Shown one piece after another: positions 38,769 through 47,066 of a DNA stretch of 55,588 bases. Positions within the stretch are counted from its first letter, which is position 1. Each line of letters starts with the position of its first letter. Both the position numbers and the translations under genes were made by a program. Source of the DNA: Chitinophagaceae bacterium. GTDB taxonomy: Bacteria > Bacteroidota > Bacteroidia > Chitinophagales > Chitinophagaceae. Where the stretch lies: NCBI GenBank assembly GCA_003509845.1, contig DOMR01000275.1, positions 10,473-66,060 of the forward strand, in the 5' to 3' direction. The notes under the pieces are model-generated. The model had not been told where the DNA came from, did no database searches, and saw nothing but the letters and a program-made list of their open reading frames with translations.

Positions 38769-40180
38769 GTGATTGAATAGGAGTAAGTACTAACATCAGC
38801 AGGGATTGCAACAATTAGTTCCTTTCCCAATGTTGATTTTCTTATAATTGGTTGCTGGCTGTTATCTAGGGTAATGTAAAAACTTTTATTCCCAATAGCA
38901 TATAACCCATTGCCTAAAGATGCTATTTCATCAGCTGCAGCCAATCGAAGATATAAACCTTTTGGAGCGTCCGTTATTTTTAATTGCCTTACCAGCGAAG
39001 TTGGTTCCGTTGCAGATATTTTATCGGAAACACTAATACCATTGAATGAATATTGAAAAGAAGGAAATCTATTCGCATCTAAGGTGTATCCCTTATTTTG
39101 AAAATCGTCAAAGGCTACCGAATCCGGCCATGCTTGATCAGGGTTTCCAAGTAATGCCAATGCGGGTGCATCTGATAAAACAATCACGGCTCCCAAAGGT
39201 TTCGCCAATTGCGGTTCCCCTCTTTGACGCCACATTTGTGTTACATCCAAAAATTCGCCACGCCAAATTTGGAATAACGCACCCTGCTTCAAATCATATG
39301 AATAATTTAATTGGTTTGGATGACCTACTGAAATTACATGGGTAAGTTTTTTTTGTCCATAATTTAAAAAACTACGCAGTAAGTAAGGTTTTCCTTCCGC
39401 ATTTACAAGGATAGGGTTGATGGCATTTTCATTCTTAATGGATTTTTCCGGAGTAGCGAAACGGATATTTCGGAAAGCAATATTTCCATGATCACCCTGC
39501 AACATCAAGGGGCCGGTGGGTTGCTCATCTTCGAGTAAAGAGGACCTTGTAGGTCCAGTAACACTTACCTGTGTTTGAACTAAAGTGCCATTTAAATAGA
39601 CTTGTTCAAAAACTGCATTGGAAATTTTATTTCCTTTCTCATCAAATTTAGGCGCTCGGAAAATTATTTTTAAATGTTGCCATAAACCAGGTGCCTTGGC
39701 CACATTCATTAAAGGGGCAATGCCTTCAAAACCTTCATTGTTTTTTCCACGGCTATCATCCCAGCGTTGATAAATACCTCCGCAATCATCAAAACTTGGT
39801 TTAAGTTTTGTCCAGCTATCAAATAACTGAACCTCATAACGGCCTTGTAAGTAAACACCGGAGTTGGAATTTTTTGACATCATGAAATCAAGTTCCAAAA
39901 CAAGATCTCCAAAGCTTTGCTTTGTAATTAAATGTGAACGGTTGCCCGGGGAAACGTTATTCACCACTGCTCCAGTGCCACTGATGGATTGTATATCGCC
40001 TTTCTTGGTAAAATCAGCTAACGCATCTGAAGAAATAGTCCAGTTTTTTCCAGCTTGCTGAAAAGCATCCAAGTTGGTCAAACTGATATCTGAAAATGCT
40101 TTAGGAAGTTGACAGAAAGTTGGCAACGCATAAAAAATACCCAAAAATAAAATTGGGACAAATCGATTGATTTTTATCAT
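38762..40180 (-). CDS. DUF1080 (3-keto-disaccharide hydrolase-like) domain protein with C-terminal extension
   Basis: NSGVYLQGRYEVQLFDSW, CGGIY, APGLWQ, GPLMLQGDHGNIAFRNI. Confidence 0.85.
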   Translation of the reverse strand: MIKINRFVPILFLGIFYALPTFCQLPKAFSDISLTNLDAFQQAGKNWTISSDALADFTKKGDIQSISGTGAVVNNVSPGNRSHLITKQSFGDLVLELDFMMSKNSNSGVYLQGRYEVQLFDSWTKLKPSFDDCGGIYQRWDDSRGKNNEGFEGIAPLMNVAKAPGLWQHLKIIFRAPKFDEKGNKISNAVFEQVYLNGTLVQTQVSVTGPTRSSLLEDEQPTGPLMLQGDHGNIAFRNIRFATPEKSIKNENAINPILVNAEGKPYLLRSFLNYGQKKLTHVISVGHPNQLNYSYDLKQGALFQIWRGEFLDVTQMWRQRGEPQLAKPLGAVIVLSDAPALALLGNPDQAWPDSVAFDDFQNKGYTLDANRFPSFQYSFNGISVSDKISATEPTSLVRQLKITDAPKGLYLRLAAADEIASLGNGLYAIGNKSFYITLDNSQQPIIRKSTLGKELIVAIPADVSTYSYSITW

Positions 40181-40310
40181 AGTGGTTTTATTTGTAGTTA
40201 ATAGTATTAATCATTATTAGGAATTATAAATTTCATATTTTATTATATAAAAAAATCAACGTAACACCAGTGCCTTGGTAACAATTAAAACAACCGAATG
40301 ACCAATTATA

Positions 40311-41864
40311 TTACAACCCCCATTTTCCATTTTTTAAACCCTCTAATGGTATATAATTTAGCTTCTGAATTGTACCGTTTTCCAATAACTTATACCCTTT
40401 AGGTACATTTGTACTCCAGGTAAGATTTGGAACTTGTAATAATAATTCTGCTCTTAACTCGATGATCAATTGGTGGTTGCTAGCCTTGTACGCGATATTA
40501 TCCCATTCGTTGTCATCAACTTGATGATCATAAAGTTCTTCTAGGCCACTAGGGGGATAATAAATATAACGATATCTTTTAGTCCGAATCGTATATGCAT
40601 CATAAGCTTTGTCATTAATTGAATCTTTTATTTCATAAGTAGCAAGAACGGGTTTATGATTAAATGATTTATTTTTTAACATAGGTACCAGACTCTCACC
40701 ATCGTTATAAATTGGCAGCTTTTCTCCAATAAGTTCAGCTAAGGTTGGAAAAATATCAATTGCACTAACTGGAACATTAGTAGATGACCCTGCCTTGGTG
40801 ATACCAGGTGCCATAAAAAATAAAGGAGCACGTAAAGATCTTTCCCAAAGTGTAAACTTTTCCCAATTTTCTTTTTCTCCCATGTGCATGCCATGATCAG
40901 ACCATAATACAATAATGGTATTATCTTTATAACTTGATTTTTCAAAACCATCTAAAAGCCTTCCTAGCATGGCATCTGTAAATGATATAGTTGCCATGTA
41001 TGCCTGAATTACTTTTTTTGTTTGTTTGTTGTCGACTATAAATTTATCTAATGGTCTTCTGCCGTGAATCCAAGCATCAGCAAGATCATCTTTCTTCATT
41101 ACAACATCTTGAATTGAATCAAGTGGATAAAGATCAAAATACTTTTGTGGCACTTCCCATGGATCATGCGGTTTGGTTAACCCTACCGCTAAGAATAGCG
41201 GTTTATCATGCTTTTGGGATAACTCATAATTTGCCCAATCCACTATCTGGTAATCTGCCATATATTTATCATCCAAAGGAATCGCCCCCCAAGAGAAATA
41301 ATCAGGCTGTGGAATTTCCGTAATATTTTTAACAGTTATACTATCTAAAGGAGCCCTTACCTGAAAAGGAATAGGGACTTGGACACTTGGGAAATAAAAA
41401 TCCCATCCAAAATCTTCTGATTGATTACTCATAACCCTAGGTGGCGCAAGGGTATGATAAATTTTTCCACCAGCGAGTGTTTTATAACCTCTTGCTTTAA
41501 AAAATTGTTCAATCGTTTCCACTTTTTCAAGCTTAGGAACTTTTCTCCATTCTGGATTTCTCCAGCCAGTTACGCCAGAATTGACCGGGTGCACCCCTGT
41601 CATAATAGCTAATCTCGAAGGGGCACAGGCAGGTGCTGGAACATTGGAATTCAAAAACGACATAGACATATCTGCTAAGCGTTTAAAATTGGGTGTTTTT
41701 ATTCCACGCCTACCAGCCCATGAATTTGTATTAATCCAATCATTCAAATCATCAATAGAAATAAATAATACATTTGGTTTTTTACTTTTAGCAAAGGAAG
41801 CAACTTGGGAGTTACTTGAAATTGAAAAACAAAAAAAGTATATGAGTAAACAAATATTTTTCAT
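40311..41864 (-). CDS. Sulfatase, S1 family (iduronate-2-sulfatase/choline-sulfatase-like, Cys-type)
   Basis: KPNVLFISIDDLNDW, CAPSRLAIMTG, GKIYH, KPHDPW, WSDHGMHMGEK, WEKFTLWE. Confidence 0.92.
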   Translation of the reverse strand: MKNICLLIYFFCFSISSNSQVASFAKSKKPNVLFISIDDLNDWINTNSWAGRRGIKTPNFKRLADMSMSFLNSNVPAPACAPSRLAIMTGVHPVNSGVTGWRNPEWRKVPKLEKVETIEQFFKARGYKTLAGGKIYHTLAPPRVMSNQSEDFGWDFYFPSVQVPIPFQVRAPLDSITVKNITEIPQPDYFSWGAIPLDDKYMADYQIVDWANYELSQKHDKPLFLAVGLTKPHDPWEVPQKYFDLYPLDSIQDVVMKKDDLADAWIHGRRPLDKFIVDNKQTKKVIQAYMATISFTDAMLGRLLDGFEKSSYKDNTIIVLWSDHGMHMGEKENWEKFTLWERSLRAPLFFMAPGITKAGSSTNVPVSAIDIFPTLAELIGEKLPIYNDGESLVPMLKNKSFNHKPVLATYEIKDSINDKAYDAYTIRTKRYRYIYYPPSGLEELYDHQVDDNEWDNIAYKASNHQLIIELRAELLLQVPNLTWSTNVPKGYKLLENGTIQKLNYIPLEGLKNGKWGL

Positions 41865-41934
41865 AATGATAATGTACTACTTTATATTTTTTAAAAAATT
41901 ATTTATTGAAAAATTTTAATGAAAGTTTAATTAT

Positions 41935-43509
41935 TTAGTTTTTCGATCCTGTAATGGCATCAACTGAAAGTGGTTTTGGTAATACTTTTCTTGGAATTTT
42001 TTCATCCCGCATAGCTGAATTATATAGGAAGGCAGCCATTATGGTAGCAGATTGTTTTAGATCATCTGGCATCAAGTGGTCATAGCTGTCCATATTACTG
42101 TGTTGGGTAATTATTCGATCCTGAACAAATTGGAAACCAGGTAATCCTATAGCATCAAAAGATATATGATCCGTACTGCCGGTATTTTGAATAGTAATGG
42201 TTTTAGCCCTAAGGTCATTGAATGGCTCAAACCAAGTTTTAAAAATAGAACGTGCCGCTTCATTTCCTTGCAAATGAATCCCAAGAATTTTTCCAGTACC
42301 ATAGTCTAAATTGTAGTAGGCAGAAAATTTATCATGCGCGGGTAATAACTTCATCGTTGCCGGATCACCGAAATTTTTCTTTATATAGCCTCTTGATCCT
42401 AATAAGCCTTGTTCTTCTCCACTCCACAAAGCAATACGTATGGTTCTTTTATTTTTTATCCCAATGGCTTTTAAAATTCGAACCGCTTCCATCATAACAG
42501 AAACACCTGCTGCATTATCAGTAGCACCGTTCGCTGCAGGCCAAGAGTCAAGATGAGCTCCTAGCATTACTATTTCTTCTTTTAAATTTTTGTCCGTCCC
42601 AGGTATTTCAGCGATTACATTATACCCCTTTGTATCCGTTGTTTGAAATTTTGTTTTTACGTCAACCTCCATCTTTACAGGAGTTTTATTTCTCAATAAA
42701 CGAACAATCATATTATAATCTTCAAGTCCTATGGCAATGTCCAAAAAGTTATCAGGGTCCGAAATTTTGTAAGGACCCGCTTGTAATACAAAAACAGTGC
42801 CCGCATTGTTTTCTGAAGCAGAACTTAAAATTGCAATGGCTCCTTCATTTATAGCCATTTTTTTTAGTGCAAGTAGTGCGTTTCTTGGTAGCCCATTTTG
42901 TACATTATTTCTAATACTTCTTCTGCGCATCGCAGCCGTATCTTCAGCTTCAGTTACTTCACTCAATTTTTGTAATTCCTCATCAGTTCGACGAACAGCC
43001 GCTGGCTTATAACTTTGTTCAAAATTGATTAAATAATCCAGCATTAAAACCTTGCCTTTAAGTTTACCACGATAAGCCTCTAATTCAGCAGTATCTTTTG
43101 CAGAGATCAAAAGTACTTCTCCACTTTGTGGACCATTTGATCCTGCGGACCAAGTTTTAGGATAAGCAATAAGTGATCTATACCAAGGAGTAGTCATAGA
43201 CACATAAGATTTTTCTAATTCCCATCCTTTTCCAAAATCACCCCAAGGGTCCAATCTGGAATTGACCAAACCCCATTGGGTAAATTGATTGATAGCGTAA
43301 TTTGCCGCACGCATAAATCCAGGGGAATTAGTAACCCTTGGACCACTTACTTCAGTAATATTAAATGCGATATCCATTACTTTAGAATTTAGTAGCCCTT
43401 CATTTCGGATTTTTGCCATTACATCTTGATCAACACTTTCGGTTTGTGCAATTAATACAATAGGAAATACAAATAAAAATACCAAAGAATAAAATTTAAT
43501 ACACTTCAT
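41935..43509 (-). CDS. M28 family metallopeptidase (carboxypeptidase Q-like)
   Basis: GAHLDSW, GATDNAAG, WSGEEQGLLGS, NLD, STDH, QHSNMDSYD. Confidence 0.9.
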   Translation of the reverse strand: MKCIKFYSLVFLFVFPIVLIAQTESVDQDVMAKIRNEGLLNSKVMDIAFNITEVSGPRVTNSPGFMRAANYAINQFTQWGLVNSRLDPWGDFGKGWELEKSYVSMTTPWYRSLIAYPKTWSAGSNGPQSGEVLLISAKDTAELEAYRGKLKGKVLMLDYLINFEQSYKPAAVRRTDEELQKLSEVTEAEDTAAMRRRSIRNNVQNGLPRNALLALKKMAINEGAIAILSSASENNAGTVFVLQAGPYKISDPDNFLDIAIGLEDYNMIVRLLRNKTPVKMEVDVKTKFQTTDTKGYNVIAEIPGTDKNLKEEIVMLGAHLDSWPAANGATDNAAGVSVMMEAVRILKAIGIKNKRTIRIALWSGEEQGLLGSRGYIKKNFGDPATMKLLPAHDKFSAYYNLDYGTGKILGIHLQGNEAARSIFKTWFEPFNDLRAKTITIQNTGSTDHISFDAIGLPGFQFVQDRIITQHSNMDSYDHLMPDDLKQSATIMAAFLYNSAMRDEKIPRKVLPKPLSVDAITGSKN

Positions 43510-43522
43510 GTCAATTAATTTT

Positions 43523-44785
43523 TTATGATTGTAATTCCTTTAAAGCATTTACAAATACATCGAGCTCGGCTGTACTTGTATAAACGTTAGGGGTTATTCG
43601 GCATCCAACTGCTCCAGAACCATCAATTTTAGCAGTAAATATTTTATACTTAGTAAATAATGTATCAGCCATATCCGCTGGCTTCATTCCCTTTATCCCA
43701 ACATTAGCAATACCACAAACACGCGCCGGATCGGCAGGCGTATTTATAATGATATTCGGAATATCCCGAACTTTTGAGGTCCAGTAATTTTGTAAAAATC
43801 TTAACCGCTCTTCTTTTCTTTCTCCACCTAAAATATTGTAGAAATCAATTGCTGCACCAATAGCAAGATGTGTGTGTGCTGGGTGTGTTCCAGTGTGGCC
43901 AAGGCGTGTAATATCATCTATGTTTTTTTCTCCTGCAGCCAAAAGTGGCCAAACCTTTCCAATATTTTTTTTATTCACGTATAATATTCCGCAACCTAAA
44001 GGAACACTCATCCATTTATGAAGACTACTCCCGAAATAATCGCAATCAAGATCTGCAATAGAGAATTTAAAATGCGCAAATGAATGAGCGCCATCCACCA
44101 TTACCTGAACACCTCTCTTATGTGCCATATCACATATTTTTCGGATTGGTAAAATTTGTCCTGTAATATTAATCATGTGCGAAACCATAAGAAGTTTCGT
44201 TTTATCTGTGATTGCAGATGCATAAACATTAACAATGTCATCATCTGATTTAGGAATATTCGGAACTGATACCACTTTATTTATTACACCATACCTTTTT
44301 GAAACCTGATTAAACATAGCACGCATTGTTCCATAATCTTGTTCAGCCATGATAGCTTCATCACCTGGCTTCCAATCAAATCCGCTAATAACCAAGTCAA
44401 GCGATTCTGTTGTATTTCGAGTAATGATAAGCTCATCCGCTTCACAGCCAGCTATTTCGGCAAGTTTCGCAGCCATGGCACGATTGGTTTTAACCTGAAA
44501 ATTTCGCATATAATAGGAGCCATGGTAATTGACCTCCCTTACATGCCCAATAAATTTTTCCAATACTTGTTCTGGAACAAAATTATAATACCCGTTTTCA
44601 AGATTAATATAATCTGGTTTTAGTTTATAACCTTCTCGAATAGTAGTCCAGAAATCCTCATCTCCTGCTAATTCTTTTAAAGGCACAGAAGCATATTTTT
44701 TAACAACTTGTGCTATGCCGTCAAAACTTAGCATTGCTCCTAGACTACCGAAGGTTGCATTTTTTAAAAAAGTTCGCTTATTCAT
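43523..44785 (-). CDS. Class V PLP-dependent aminotransferase-fold enzyme (isopenicillin N epimerase-like) with Tat-like leader
   Basis: TRNTTES, VDGAHS, SSLHKW (PLP Lys); N-terminal KRTFLK. Confidence 0.87.
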   Translation of the reverse strand: MNKRTFLKNATFGSLGAMLSFDGIAQVVKKYASVPLKELAGDEDFWTTIREGYKLKPDYINLENGYYNFVPEQVLEKFIGHVREVNYHGSYYMRNFQVKTNRAMAAKLAEIAGCEADELIITRNTTESLDLVISGFDWKPGDEAIMAEQDYGTMRAMFNQVSKRYGVINKVVSVPNIPKSDDDIVNVYASAITDKTKLLMVSHMINITGQILPIRKICDMAHKRGVQVMVDGAHSFAHFKFSIADLDCDYFGSSLHKWMSVPLGCGILYVNKKNIGKVWPLLAAGEKNIDDITRLGHTGTHPAHTHLAIGAAIDFYNILGGERKEERLRFLQNYWTSKVRDIPNIIINTPADPARVCGIANVGIKGMKPADMADTLFTKYKIFTAKIDGSGAVGCRITPNVYTSTAELDVFVNALKELQS

Positions 44786-44875
44786 ATTGTTATTTCTTTT
44801 TACATTAATATATAATTCAAAAAAGTATAATTGGTAAAGTTCTTCATCTCAAAAAAAATTTAAATATTCAAATTA

Positions 44876-46900
44876 TTAATCGTTCTCCGAAAACGGCATC
44901 CATACCTTCATTTTTCCTATCTCCCTGTTGGACCAAGCATAATAAGGAATAGCTGTAATATCCATTTTCTCCAATGTCGATGGTGAGGAAGCTGTCCCGT
45001 TAATAGTAACCACGCCATCCAGCAAATCTTTCCTGTATTTTGCCTTTAAACCTGAAGGGAGTAAATGCAAATCATTCTCACCCTCAAAAAAACGGTTATT
45101 GTCAGTTTCTTCAACACAATAAACTAAAGGACCGCGCATCATAACTACCTTACCATGGGTATCCTCTATATTTGAATTACCAGCTACCAGCCGGATATTC
45201 ATCGCCAACGATAGTTCCACCTTATCTCCTTTTTTCCACTTTCTTTGGATGACTGCATACCCCATTTCTTGACTAAAGTTGTGGACCCTAATTCCATTAA
45301 TTTTCAGAATCACTTCATTCCCAGGAATTGATTTGCCGTCAACAAAATGGTAAAGGCCTCCTGGTAGCAATTCACTATTTGCCCATCCTGGTATTCTAAA
45401 ATGTAAAGTGAAATCCACTGGAAATTCTGGTTCAACCTTCAGGCTTATCAGCCCTTCCCATGGATAATTCGTTTCCATAGTCAAAGCAATTTTTTGATCT
45501 GCAATATCAATTTTTGCTTTATTTCCAATAAACTGATTAATATAAATCCCATTATCTGTTTTGCCATAAATGGAGGACCCTATTTCAGGTAAAAAACGGA
45601 CAATATTGGAGGGACAACATGGAGGATCCTCCCATTGACTCCGCATGTATTTGCCCTGAGATTGCAAGGGATTGGTATAAAAGAATTTGTCTCCACTTAT
45701 CGAAACACCAGCTATAGCAGCATTATACATGGTAAGCTCTTCTAAGTCAGCATATTTTGCATCGCCATGTAACAGGGTCATCCTTTTGTTCCAGAATGCA
45801 AGACCTATACTGGAACAGGTTTCGGAATACGCCTTGTCATTTGGAAGTAAATAGGCTGAACCAAATCCCTCGTCATGAAACTGCCTGGTACCAATACCTC
45901 CGGTGATATATAATTTTTTACCAACTATATCCTTCCATAAGGAATCCAAGGCAGGCAGGTATTTTGTTTCTTTATTTTCAGTAGAAATATCTGCCATTGC
46001 AGAATAGAGATAGGTAGCCCTTACAGCATGACCAACAGCATAGAATTGCTGGGTAACAGGAATGTGGTCCTGCATATAAGAAGGAGGACGCCAACGGTTT
46101 GGTTTATTTGCATTGGGATCATGATCAGGCGGAGCAACTTTTTCTGCTGTCATCCTCTTGGGATCCCCACGTTCGTCAACAAAAAAAGTAGATAACTCGA
46201 GGTATTTTTTTTCATCCGTTGCTTTATATAATTTAAAAAGGGCAAGTTCAATTTCTTCATGCCCGGGCACATCCAGCCGCTTATGCGGTCCAAATACCGA
46301 ATCTATATGGTCAGCACAACGTATCGCCGCATCTAAAAATTTTCTTTTACCAGTCACCTGGTAATAAGCAACAGCTGCTTCAATCATATGTCCAGCACAA
46401 TATAATTCATGTTTTCTGGGAAGGTCGGTCCACTTTTTTGAAATATCATTTACCGTCCAGTAGGTAAAAAGATACCCGTCAGGTTGTTGGGCTGCCACAA
46501 TCCGCTCAATCAAAGAATCGATTATCACTTCCAGTTCCTGATCAGGAGTATTGCTTAAAGCATAAGCAGCTCCCTGAATTATTTTGTAAACGTCTGAATC
46601 ACCGGCAACATTACCTTTGTGTTTACCCATCTTTTTTTTGGAAGCAATATCAAAATTATTCATTGAAGAGGCAGATTCGTTCAATGCTGACCTGATACCG
46701 ATTAATCGGTTTTTATCAATTTTGGGCTTCCAAAATTGATCAGTGATGATTACCTGTTGATAAGAAACGGCTTCAATTTTTTTGACGGGTAGTTTGTTTT
46801 GCCCGTTATGAAATAATAAAACAGGTGCATCTTTTACTTGTGCAAATACTGAGTTTACAATAAAAAGAAATACAGAAAATAAAAAGTGCGTAGTTTTCAT
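44876..46900 (-). CDS. GH127 cysteine glycosidase (second copy)
   Basis: DSDVYK, HELYCAGH, GHEEIELAL, GHAVRA, DEGF, YSETCSS, CCPSN, AIPYYAWSNR. Confidence 0.93.
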   Translation of the reverse strand: MKTTHFLFSVFLFIVNSVFAQVKDAPVLLFHNGQNKLPVKKIEAVSYQQVIITDQFWKPKIDKNRLIGIRSALNESASSMNNFDIASKKKMGKHKGNVAGDSDVYKIIQGAAYALSNTPDQELEVIIDSLIERIVAAQQPDGYLFTYWTVNDISKKWTDLPRKHELYCAGHMIEAAVAYYQVTGKRKFLDAAIRCADHIDSVFGPHKRLDVPGHEEIELALFKLYKATDEKKYLELSTFFVDERGDPKRMTAEKVAPPDHDPNANKPNRWRPPSYMQDHIPVTQQFYAVGHAVRATYLYSAMADISTENKETKYLPALDSLWKDIVGKKLYITGGIGTRQFHDEGFGSAYLLPNDKAYSETCSSIGLAFWNKRMTLLHGDAKYADLEELTMYNAAIAGVSISGDKFFYTNPLQSQGKYMRSQWEDPPCCPSNIVRFLPEIGSSIYGKTDNGIYINQFIGNKAKIDIADQKIALTMETNYPWEGLISLKVEPEFPVDFTLHFRIPGWANSELLPGGLYHFVDGKSIPGNEVILKINGIRVHNFSQEMGYAVIQRKWKKGDKVELSLAMNIRLVAGNSNIEDTHGKVVMMRGPLVYCVEETDNNRFFEGENDLHLLPSGLKAKYRKDLLDGVVTINGTASSPSTLEKMDITAIPYYAWSNREIGKMKVWMPFSEND

Positions 46901-46984
46901 TTTTTTTGTCTCAGGTGCTCAAAGTACCGCCTTGCATTGTCCGCAAAGCAGATCCAGTGAATCACCGGTAAGAAATAATATCCT

Positions 46985-47026
46985 AAAAAAAGGGCTATTT
47001 CAAATAAGTATGAAACTAGCCCTTTT
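46985..47026 (-). terminator. Rho-independent terminator / stabilising hairpin after susD2
   Basis: Inverted repeat AAAAGGGCTA-TTTCA ... TGAAA-C-TAGCCCTTTT; the A-run at 46985-46991 reads as a U-tract on the minus strand. Confidence 0.7.
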
Positions 47027-47066
47027 AAATTTATTATATTTTAACAACTATTCGATCAATATAAAT

